Part shown: positions 46,531 through 54,352 of the stretch, piece by piece
Numbering within the stretch: the first letter of the stretch is position 1
Layout: each line of letters starts with the position of its first letter
NCBI GenBank assembly: GCA_031422315.1
Contig: JANOQN010000065.1
Location: 14 to 64,013 of the forward strand
Reading direction: 5' to 3'
Length of the DNA stretch: 64,000 nucleotides
Source: Rhodanobacteraceae bacterium
GTDB lineage: Bacteria; Pseudomonadota; Gammaproteobacteria; Xanthomonadales; SZUA-5
Position numbers and translations under genes: made by a program
Notes under the pieces: model-generated
What the model saw: the letters and a program-made list of their open reading frames with translations, nothing else
What the model was told of the DNA's origin: nothing
Databases searched by the model: none

Positions 46531-47718
46531 TTAAGGCGTTTTGACGATTTTGAGTTCGGTAACAGCAGCGTTTTTTGGCGGGGTTTTAAGCGCCAGGATT
46601 TGCCACGTTGCGCCATCTGGACCGGTGAAAACAAAGCTGCGTTCGCCGAATTCATTGTCTTGCAGCGCGCTCGGCTTTAGCTTATTGCGCTTAACCGCCG
46701 CGTAAAGTGCGTCGAGTTTATCGGTATAAAGCGAATGCAGCGTGATGCCCAGCTCGCCAACGCGCTGGTGTTTTGCTCGATTTGCCCGCACATCGCGCGG
46801 GGCGAAAAATTTGAGTTTGCCGCAGATGTTATTCGGGGAAACAAAGCCGCGATAATAATGCGAGCCGCCATCTGGCATGCCGAACACTTTTTTAGGGCCC
46901 TCGAGCCAATCGCCATCCAACACGCCGTCGTTTTCCGCTTTGAAGCCGAGCACGTCTTGGTAATAGTTGGTTGAGCTTTTAATATCAGTGTTGATAAAAA
47001 AATCGTGGTGGGTAAATTCGCTTCCCTGCAATGCGCTGTTCGGATTGACGGTGCCGTAGCCCGGAATGGTGTAGCCATAGCGCTGGAAAAATACGTGGTT
47101 GAACCATTCGCCATAGACGCCCGATTCCCGCACGCCAACGCGCCGGTTCTGCAAATCTGGCGTGCCGGTAGTGAGCTTGAACAAATCCGCAAATACCGGT
47201 GCGATCGGCAGCCAAGCTTGCGCGGCGGCCCTTGCATCGGTAAAAACATCATCCACTCGAACAATGTCGCTGGTCATCATGACTGCCAAACGCTGTCCGA
47301 TGGTTTCTGGCGGCGCATAGCCAACGCCTGGCCCAATCGGCTTAGCCCACATCAACACGCGCAGCAGGCCATGACTGTCAATGCCGCCGTTTTGCATGCG
47401 AATCGCGGTGAGCGCAGAATTTACCCCGTAAATGCGTTTGGCTTGACTCGCACTCAAGCTGGCGCGCTGGATTTCCTTGAAGCCAAACAGCTCAAAGTGC
47501 TGCACGATGGCGGCTTCATTCGCGTAGCCCTGGCTATCTGGCTTGCCTAAATCAGGAGCGAATTGATCAACGCCGACCATGACTTCATAAACGCCACTAA
47601 TGCCGGTGTCAGGTGGTGGCGCTTTGGGCGCATCAACAGCCAGCGCGAGCGTGCTTGCCATGCAAAACAGCAGGCCGATGAGCCAGTAATTCAACCGTGC
47701 GATGGGTGCAATTCGCAT
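46531..47718 (-). CDS. Secreted protein with a C-terminal VOC/glyoxalase-like domain
   Basis: Signal-like N-terminus MRIAPIARLNYWLIGLLFCMASTLALA. The C-terminal part reads ..HHDFFINTDIKSSTNYYQDVLGFKAE..GITLHSLYTD..FTGPDGATWQIL.. It lies 32 nt upstream of the next minus-strand gene. Confidence 0.7.
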   Translation of the reverse strand: MRIAPIARLNYWLIGLLFCMASTLALAVDAPKAPPPDTGISGVYEVMVGVDQFAPDLGKPDSQGYANEAAIVQHFELFGFKEIQRASLSASQAKRIYGVNSALTAIRMQNGGIDSHGLLRVLMWAKPIGPGVGYAPPETIGQRLAVMMTSDIVRVDDVFTDARAAAQAWLPIAPVFADLFKLTTGTPDLQNRRVGVRESGVYGEWFNHVFFQRYGYTIPGYGTVNPNSALQGSEFTHHDFFINTDIKSSTNYYQDVLGFKAENDGVLDGDWLEGPKKVFGMPDGGSHYYRGFVSPNNICGKLKFFAPRDVRANRAKHQRVGELGITLHSLYTDKLDALYAAVKRNKLKPSALQDNEFGERSFVFTGPDGATWQILALKTPPKNAAVTELKIVKTP

Positions 47719-47860
47719 AGGAATAACGCCTTGATAGTGAAGCCGCATGCTCGCTTGTCAGTTTGAATGCGTCAATCTGCAAAACTGTAGAGAATGTGCA
47801 AATGACCGGTTTTTCTGGCTGTGGAATAGCAGGCTGGCTTGAAAAATCGCTCGCCCCCAG

Positions 47861-48670
47861 TTACGGCTGCGCAGAAATAACCTTTTCAATCCAATCTTTG
47901 TAATGGCTAAGGCGCACATTGCAAGTGAATTGGCCATAGCGCCCGGGCGTCCTAACAGCGCTTTGTGGATCTGCCCAAGATGTTAGTCCAGCCAACAACC
48001 AATCGTTCTTCTGAGCTTTGATGAGAATTGGCCCACCGCTGTCACCGCTTCCTGACCCGCCCTCAAGCGGCAGGGCGCCCGAGGACTTATCGAACCTATA
48101 GCAAAACCATCGATCATGGGCGCTGGTGACTTTGTTGTACGCACGGCGAAGCTTAGTGCGGTGGGAACTACTAAACCCATACCCAGTGACGCCGTTACCG
48201 GTAGCGCCTTTTCCGATGATCTTGACGATTTGGCCGAATTCGGCTTCGCTCTTGTAAACCGCGACAGCAGATACGTCATTAACGGGCTGCGCCAGTTTTA
48301 GCAGTGCGATGTCATCTGAGGACGCTAGCTGTGCCCTAAAAAGCGTCCAATCCCAAGTCTCCAGCGCATAATCAAGCAGTTCTTGCGGCGGCTTTTGATA
48401 GCCAGGGTGTATCACGATACGCTCAACCTCTCTGGCTTTCCCGTTAAGCGTTATCTGCTTAATTTCAGATTGCCAGGTGATCGCATGAGCGGCGGTAATA
48501 ACCCACTGCGGAGCAATCAGAACACCATGGCCTTCGCTGGGCAGATCAACAAGCGCAAGAAACTCAGACGCTGGAACAAGGTATTTTGAGTCAGCAACGT
48601 CATGTCGAATGACAATCGCGCTTGCGTTGAAAGACACCGCGAGCAGTGCGGGCATTAAGAGTCGGTGCAT
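47861..48670 (-). CDS. Secreted trypsin-like serine protease (S1 family)
   Basis: Catalytic-triad contexts WVITAAHA (His), DIALLKL (Asp) and GDSGGPIL (Ser). Signal peptide MHRLLMPALLAVSFNASA. Confidence 0.9.
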   Translation of the reverse strand: MHRLLMPALLAVSFNASAIVIRHDVADSKYLVPASEFLALVDLPSEGHGVLIAPQWVITAAHAITWQSEIKQITLNGKAREVERIVIHPGYQKPPQELLDYALETWDWTLFRAQLASSDDIALLKLAQPVNDVSAVAVYKSEAEFGQIVKIIGKGATGNGVTGYGFSSSHRTKLRRAYNKVTSAHDRWFCYRFDKSSGALPLEGGSGSGDSGGPILIKAQKNDWLLAGLTSWADPQSAVRTPGRYGQFTCNVRLSHYKDWIEKVISAQP

Positions 48671-48807
48671 GGGCGATTCCTTTGGTAGTGGCTTTGAGGG
48701 CTAACAACCAAAGTAATGCGCCAATTCGCTAGAAGCAAGGATTGAATTCAGTACGTCCACGGTGCTAGTGAGCTTTTCCTATACTTTAGGCGTTTCTTCG
48801 CCCAAGA

Positions 48808-48898
48808 CCCCAACGTTCGCGCTAAGCCGACGCCGCGCGGCAGATTTCATTTGAAACACTAAACGATTTCGGCAGCGGGTTACAGCCAAACGTTAGCG
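48808..48898 (-). other. attC-like recombination site
   Basis: The minus strand reads CGCTAAC-GTTTGGCTGTAACCCGCTGCCG-[loop]-CCGCGCGGCGTCGGCTTAGCGCGAAC-GTTGGGG. The inner arms are imperfectly complementary. It shares the GTCGGCT(T/G)A block with the sites at 26166-26262 and 27272-27314. Confidence 0.5.
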
Positions 48899-48904
48899 CT
48901 TGCA

Positions 48905-49010
48905 TGTGTGCGCTCCGAAACGTTTTGATGCGCTGAACTTTAAGTGCCGGAAAAGTTACTGCGAAGCCGGTTTCGGCGCAAGCCGCTAAACCAACTTTCA
49001 AAGCAGGCAA
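48905..49010 (-). pseudogene. Possible truncated hicB-like antitoxin remnant
   Basis: The translation ..VGLAACAETGFAVTFPALKVQRIKTFRSAH.. resembles the N-terminal ..EEGGFTVTCPALPGC.. strand of HicB antitoxins. The frame then runs straight into the attC-like site and no DNA-binding domain follows. Confidence 0.3.
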
Positions 49011-49018
49011 AGTGCGCC

Positions 49019-49198
49019 CTATGGTTCAGCAAGAATGTCATGACGGCCGATATCGCGAGGTACGGCTTGGCTGATCTTGACTAGGATGTGGTGGCTACCG
49101 TGTATGCGGTTGACCAGCCAACCTGCGGCCTTGAGCTTCATGATGGCTTCTTTGTCTGTTATGGGCCTCAGGATGTGTAGGGAGCGATCTAATCTCAC
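49019..49198 (-). CDS. HicA-like small ORF (possibly C-terminally truncated toxin)
   Basis: Not in the ORF track because it is under 60 aa. The translation is (V)RLDRSLHILRPITDKEAIMKLKAAGWLVNRIHGSHHILVKISQAVPRDIGRHDILAEP*, which fits the HicA/YcfA pattern L+..+.KE.I..L...GW...R..GSHH. The GTG at 49198 overlaps the stop of the upstream gene as GTGA. An alternative ATG is at 49141. Confidence 0.45.
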   Translation of the reverse strand: MRLDRSLHILRPITDKEAIMKLKAAGWLVNRIHGSHHILVKISQAVPRDIGRHDILAEP

Positions 49199-49935
49199 TG
49201 TTGATTTTTTGCAGAATGGGCAGCACTTCCCCAGCCGGTGAGTGCAAAACGCGGCTTATCAACAAAAGCCGGAACCGCGCTCACCGCTTGCGGTTTGGGT
49301 ACGCGAAACAGTGCCATGGCATTAAAGCTCGGCGTAAACGCGCGCTCGATGTGGCCGTCAGCGTCGATAAACTGCAAGATTCCGCCAAAGTCAGCGCGCC
49401 AGTTTTGCGTCAAATTGATGACAAAAGCCGCACGCCGCAAACCGGGTGCATGGCTGTGATCGTGCCCAGTCAAAAAGTGCCCGGCACGATAGCGCGATAG
49501 CTGTAAGTCAGTGTCTTCCAGATCGCCTATTTGGGTGATTTGCTTCAGAAGCGCGATAAACGCTGCACTGCGCACGGATTGCAGTGCTTGCGCCAATATC
49601 GGATCGGTTAGCAGCCCCATGCGCGCCCGATCATCTAGCGGATAGCGCTCATACAAATACTGAAAACCCGAACGGGCTTGCGCGTGCACCATGGCAAGAA
49701 ACGCTTCGGATTTATCCACGGGCAGTTCGCTCATGGCTTTGGCGTCAAATGCTTTATGTGCATCGCCAATTCGCGTGACTAAATTCCACTCAGTCCAGGA
49801 CTGCGCGCGCGCCAGCACGGCCTTAGCGAATTCAGTGGACAGCACATTGGGCACCAGCACATAGCCGTTGCGGCAAAACGATTGCGCCAGTTGCTCAATG
49901 TCTGTTCGGTGCGCCAGCGTGCAGCTTGATTCCAA
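49195..49935 (-). CDS. 2OG-Fe(II) oxygenase family protein (prolyl-hydroxylase-like)
   Basis: ..LSRYRAGHFLTGHDHSH..RRAAFVINLTQNWRADFGGILQF..ALFRVP.. shows an HxD...H facial-triad context. The TTG start at 49935 is preceded by AGGA. Confidence 0.8.
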   Translation of the reverse strand: MESSCTLAHRTDIEQLAQSFCRNGYVLVPNVLSTEFAKAVLARAQSWTEWNLVTRIGDAHKAFDAKAMSELPVDKSEAFLAMVHAQARSGFQYLYERYPLDDRARMGLLTDPILAQALQSVRSAAFIALLKQITQIGDLEDTDLQLSRYRAGHFLTGHDHSHAPGLRRAAFVINLTQNWRADFGGILQFIDADGHIERAFTPSFNAMALFRVPKPQAVSAVPAFVDKPRFALTGWGSAAHSAKNQQ

Positions 49936-50141
49936 ATTTTATCCTGCCTAGTCAATCAAAAGAGCGTTAACAGCGCGTCGCTCGTTGAAGCGTGCCGAAA
50001 ACGAAGATATCCAGATCCAGCGCTCACTTTTGGCGACGGCAAATTTGCGTGCGCTGGGCTATTCGCATCGGTCGCAGGCGAAAGTGCTTCTGATTGGTGC
50101 AGGCGGATTGAGATCAGCAGCGGCACAGCCAGCAAGTTTTG

Positions 50142-51332
50142 CTACCAAACAAAACGGTCGTTCGCGCGCGCGGGCACGATGGTTTCAAAGCCGTCTTTAA
50201 ACTCAAGCGGCACCTCAGCCGATTCAGGCACAGGCGAAATACCGCGAAACGCTTTGTTCGGGCCAGCATTGACGACACTGGCAAACAAAATTGCTGGCGC
50301 TACGTTGTAGCCCGCGGTGTCAATCCCGACCACGATGTTTGCGCCATCAGATACGGTGGCCAATGCGACGCCAGTTCCGTTAACATTGCGACCGATCAGG
50401 CTGCGCGGATTTAGTAATGGACCGGCTGGCTGGGCAATGGTGGTTACCGTGCCCGTGAGCGTCCAAGTGCCGCCAACGAGGGACCACTTTTGCACGCTAT
50501 CGGTTGCACCATCGTCCGCGATATAGGCAGTATCAACACCGCCGACAGTAGCATCGAGATCAGCAAACACAAAACCATAAAAAGACGGACCGCCAATCGT
50601 CGGAAATCCAGCAATCGAGGTCATTACCTGACCGGAAGTAGTCGGCAACCCAGTGCCAACTTGAACAAGCCTAGAAAAAACTGCGCCACTGGCATGCGAT
50701 ACCAATAAATTTCCGCGAACGATGTCGATTTGGCGAAGATTGGTAATCGTGGTCGAAATTTCCGTGGACGTGGTTTGCCCTAAGGTAGCATGGCGAACAC
50801 CGCCAGTGCCGCCAACGGCCCAAAACCCGGTGCCGTCAGTAACTGCGCTGCGCGCGTTAAAACCGTTTGCGAAATCCGTCAATGCCGTGCTCGTATCAAT
50901 TACACCTGCGCTAGATACCCGAGCAATGACGCGCGGAACGGTAGTTGAGGCGGTACCGCTTATCGTTCCCACGCCGGTTGGCACTAAATTACGTGCATAG
51001 CAGGTAAGCGCTAAATACTCACCGTTTGGACTGCGCGTCATCAAGCCTTCGGATGTGGCCGTACCGCTGGCGACGCACTGGCGTTGTAAATCGCCATCCG
51101 CAGCAATCGTGGGCATCGCAATGGATTGCACCAGCGTGGCACCACCCGCCTGAGAAATGCTGTATTCATCCAAAAACACGGCATTTCCGGTGGGCACGAG
51201 CAGCTCGGTTCCATCGCTGACTCGGTAAACGACCAAATTGCCTGGCGTAAAGGCGGCTGCAGCTGCCTGTGTGCTAGCGAAAACGCCAGAGGCTACAGTG
51301 AAGGCTAAAGCGATTTTTGAAACTTGAAGCAT
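50142..51332 (-). CDS. Secreted hypothetical protein with an FKDGFE motif near the C-terminus
   Basis: The start is moved to ATG 51332 (MLQVSKIALAFTVASGVFASTQAAAAA signal peptide). ..FTPGNLVVYRVSDG.. follows. It ends ..PLEFKDGFETIVPARANDRFVW*. Confidence 0.8.
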   Translation of the reverse strand: MLQVSKIALAFTVASGVFASTQAAAAAFTPGNLVVYRVSDGTELLVPTGNAVFLDEYSISQAGGATLVQSIAMPTIAADGDLQRQCVASGTATSEGLMTRSPNGEYLALTCYARNLVPTGVGTISGTASTTVPRVIARVSSAGVIDTSTALTDFANGFNARSAVTDGTGFWAVGGTGGVRHATLGQTTSTEISTTITNLRQIDIVRGNLLVSHASGAVFSRLVQVGTGLPTTSGQVMTSIAGFPTIGGPSFYGFVFADLDATVGGVDTAYIADDGATDSVQKWSLVGGTWTLTGTVTTIAQPAGPLLNPRSLIGRNVNGTGVALATVSDGANIVVGIDTAGYNVAPAILFASVVNAGPNKAFRGISPVPESAEVPLEFKDGFETIVPARANDRFVW

Positions 51333-51620
51333 GTGAAACTCCGGTAGTAAGTTAGCGGCGCAAAATAGTCGCAGATCATAACTTGCGCAAACGCACCCGC
51401 AAAGGAATCCGTAGAAACGAAAAAAGAAAACGTAAATAGGTAGCCACCAACAATTCCCAAGAAGTTGGCTAGCGGTCAACGGCGGCTTTTAGGGGAACCT
51501 CAAAAAACCTCACTACTAAGTCAAGCTAGGCGAGAATGACAAATATTGTGGCTGTACATGGTTGATATCTTGAGCTTTGAGCCTCACGACGAAAATGGGG
51601 TTTTAGAGGTTCGCTAAGGT

Positions 51621-52334
51621 TTATCGTAGCGACTCTACCTCCGCTTCCGTCAATGCCCGCCACCTGCCCTTCGCTAAATTCCCCAAAATTAACGGGCCGA
51701 TTTGCACGCGAATCAGCCGCAACACCTCAGCACCGATGGCCGCACACATGCGGCGCAGTTGGCGATTTTTGCCTTCGATTAATGTGCATTCTAGCCAACA
51801 GGTTTTGCCGCCGCTGCGTAAAATATGCACGGCTGCCGCGGACAAGCGCTCACCCGCGTCATCAATACCCGCGCGCAGCTGCGCCAACTCATTTTCGTTA
51901 GGCACTTTGCTAATCTGCACGTGATAGATTTTTGGCAATACGCGCGCGGGTTCGGTAATGCCAGCGGCCCAGACGGAATCATTGCTCATCAGCAGCAGGC
52001 CTTCTGAAGCTTGATCTAATCGTCCAACGGCTGATAGGTGCGGCACGGCTAGCTCATCAAACAGCGCACGCACGGTGCTTCTGCCGCGCTCATCGGCATT
52101 GCTGCAGATCAAGCCGCGCGGTTTATTGAGCGCGAAATACACGCGCTCGACAATTAACGCCTGAGTTTGCGCGTCAATTTGGATGTCTGCAGCTGGATCG
52201 GTGCGGCTTTCAGGATCACGCACGGGTTTGCCTGCCACGCTAACTCGGCCCGCACGAATTAGCGCCTCCGCTTGGGATCTAGAGCAAAGGCCGCGCTTGC
52301 TCATGACTCTAGCTAGGCCGTGGGATTGTTGCAT
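51621..52334 (-). CDS. Pseudouridine synthase (RsuA/RluB/E/F family) with an N-terminal S4 domain
   Basis: ..RVMSKRGLCSRSQAEALIRAGRVSVAGKPV.. (S4) and ..YFALNKPRGLI..GRLDQASEGLLLMSND.. (catalytic Asp motif). The start is uncertain (52334 or 52304). Confidence 0.9.
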   Translation of the reverse strand: MQQSHGLARVMSKRGLCSRSQAEALIRAGRVSVAGKPVRDPESRTDPAADIQIDAQTQALIVERVYFALNKPRGLICSNADERGRSTVRALFDELAVPHLSAVGRLDQASEGLLLMSNDSVWAAGITEPARVLPKIYHVQISKVPNENELAQLRAGIDDAGERLSAAAVHILRSGGKTCWLECTLIEGKNRQLRRMCAAIGAEVLRLIRVQIGPLILGNLAKGRWRALTEAEVESLR

Positions 52335-52412
52335 TTGGCGTTTTACCTTTTCTAACAAGCGCGAAGCATGCCCAGTGACTACACTTGGTATTCGATATTG
52401 TAGAGGCCGTTG

Positions 52413-52799
52413 ATGAAACCGCAAATGCTTAAAGCAGCGAATTGCCCCTGCGGCGGCCTAAGCTATCAAAGCTGCTGCGCGCCAATCCATGCTGGCGCAC
52501 CTGCGCGCACTGCCGAGCAACTGATGCGCTCACGCTACTGCGCCTACGTCATGCAGCTGGAAGCGTATTTACTAGCGACTTGGCATGAAAGCCACAGGCC
52601 CGAAGTGATCGAATTTGATGCGCGCACGCGCTGGTTGGGTTTGAGCGTGTTGGCGCATGCAGAAACTGAAAACAGCGCGCAGGTGGAGTTCGTCGCGCGT
52701 TATGCTGAAGGTGGTAGACGGGCGCAGCGCTTGCATGAAGTCAGCCGATTTGCGCGGGTAGATTCGCATTGGTTTTATGTGGATGGAATTGTCGATTGA
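52413..52799 (+). CDS. ychJ: YchJ family protein (UPF0225, SEC-C motif)
   Basis: CPCGGLSYQSCCAPIH..AEQLMRSRYCAYV.. and a C-terminal NTF2-like part. Confidence 0.9.
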   Translation: MKPQMLKAANCPCGGLSYQSCCAPIHAGAPARTAEQLMRSRYCAYVMQLEAYLLATWHESHRPEVIEFDARTRWLGLSVLAHAETENSAQVEFVARYAEGGRRAQRLHEVSRFARVDSHWFYVDGIVD

Positions 52800-52858
52800 A
52801 AATAGTCAATCACTTTAGAATGGTTACAATCAAATACTGTTAAAGCGAATACCTATCC

Positions 52859-53203
52859 ATGGCAACTGACTTAAGCTTCGTCCAATACGTCTGCGAGCAA
52901 ACCGGCTTGCAGGCGCTGACTTATAAGAAAATGTTCGGCGAATACGCACTCTATCTGGATGGCAAGGTAGTCGCGCTGATTTGCGACAATCAAGTGTTTC
53001 TTAAGCCTACGGCTGAAGCTCGGGCGATGTTGAGCAATGTTGTTGAAGCATCGCCGTACCCAGGTGCCAAGCCCAGCTTGCGGCTCGGTGATGAGTTGGA
53101 TGATCGTGATTTGCTCAAACGCTTGTTAGAAACTACCGCGCTGGCACTACCCGCTGCAAAACCCAAACCCAGCCCACGCAAACCCAAATCCAGCTCGGTT
53201 TAG
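52859..53203 (+). CDS. TfoX/Sxy N-terminal domain protein
   Basis: ..YKKMFGEYALYLDGKVVALICDNQVFLKPT.. is the TfoX_N signature. 114 aa. There is no C-terminal TfoX domain. Confidence 0.85.
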   Translation: MATDLSFVQYVCEQTGLQALTYKKMFGEYALYLDGKVVALICDNQVFLKPTAEARAMLSNVVEASPYPGAKPSLRLGDELDDRDLLKRLLETTALALPAAKPKPSPRKPKSSSV

Positions 53204-53313
53204 TCATTTGTTCGTTAAGCAAGCAACACCTAAAAGCAAGTCAAAAAGGCTTAATGGTTGTGCATCTGTACTTTCAACGCCAGAATGCAGGCCGTGATTG
53301 ACCGAGTAGCACT

Positions 53314-53976
53314 ATGCATACCGTAAAACCCAAAATCCCACTGGCCTTGAAGCTGCTATTCACCGCTTTTATGGCGATATTAGTGCCGGTCTATTGGAAA
53401 AACTACGGACCAAGCAATTTTCTATATTTTTGCGATGTTGCGCTGTTTTTTACCCTAGCTGCCGTTTGGACTGAAAAACCGCTGCTGGCCGCAATGCCGG
53501 CAGTCGGCATTATGCTGCCGCAATTGCTGTGGTGCGCGGACTTTATCGGCAGTGCGATTGGTGCGCCGATTACCGGCATGACGAACTATATGTTTGAGGA
53601 CAAGCTATCGCTATTTACTCGCGGACTGTCGTTCTTTCATTTTTGGCTGCCGCTACTGCTCATCTACTTGGTATGGAAGCTAGGCTACGATCGTCGCGCG
53701 TTTAAAGCCTGGACGCTGATGGCCTGGGTGCTATTGATTGTTTGCTATTTTATTTCCCCCGCGCCGCCGACGGATAACCCAAATTTGCCGGTCAATATTA
53801 ATTATGTCTACGGCTGGAATGATCAGGGCCCGCAAATGCTCATGGCGCGCCCGCTTTGGCTGTTGAGTTTGATGATTGCGCTGCCAGTACTGCTATTTTG
53901 GCCGACACACTGGGCGCTGCAACGGCTGTTTCCTGACAAAAATCGCGGCGCAAAGCTAATTCCAATGAAGTTTTAG
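53314..53976 (+). CDS. Hypothetical integral membrane protein
   Basis: 220 aa with six hydrophobic segments. No family was recognised. Confidence 0.75.
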   Translation: MHTVKPKIPLALKLLFTAFMAILVPVYWKNYGPSNFLYFCDVALFFTLAAVWTEKPLLAAMPAVGIMLPQLLWCADFIGSAIGAPITGMTNYMFEDKLSLFTRGLSFFHFWLPLLLIYLVWKLGYDRRAFKAWTLMAWVLLIVCYFISPAPPTDNPNLPVNINYVYGWNDQGPQMLMARPLWLLSLMIALPVLLFWPTHWALQRLFPDKNRGAKLIPMKF

Positions 53977-54352
53977 CATCGAGTGGAATCAAAATCGGAG
54001 TATTCGGCAGTTTTATTTGCGCCATCTAGAATTCAACGGAATTTCATTTTCAGCCCCCGAAATAAGTTATAAACAATTGATTGTTATAGCTATTTTTCAT
54101 TGGACCAGCGAAAACTGGTGACCCGCTAAATGGCTTTTCGGGCAAGCCAGATGCGAAATAGCGCCGCTTTTTGGATGTTTGACTAGCGGCTCGCCACAAT
54201 TTGGTTATCCTTGCGCCCGGCTGATCAAGGCAAGTCTACGCGCCAGTGCTTCATATCGAGCGTTGGACGCGCGTGCATTTTTCGTACGTCAACCGCCAAT
54301 GATCCGCATTACGAATTCGAATTTTGAGGCATACGCCATTGAGTAAAACGCT

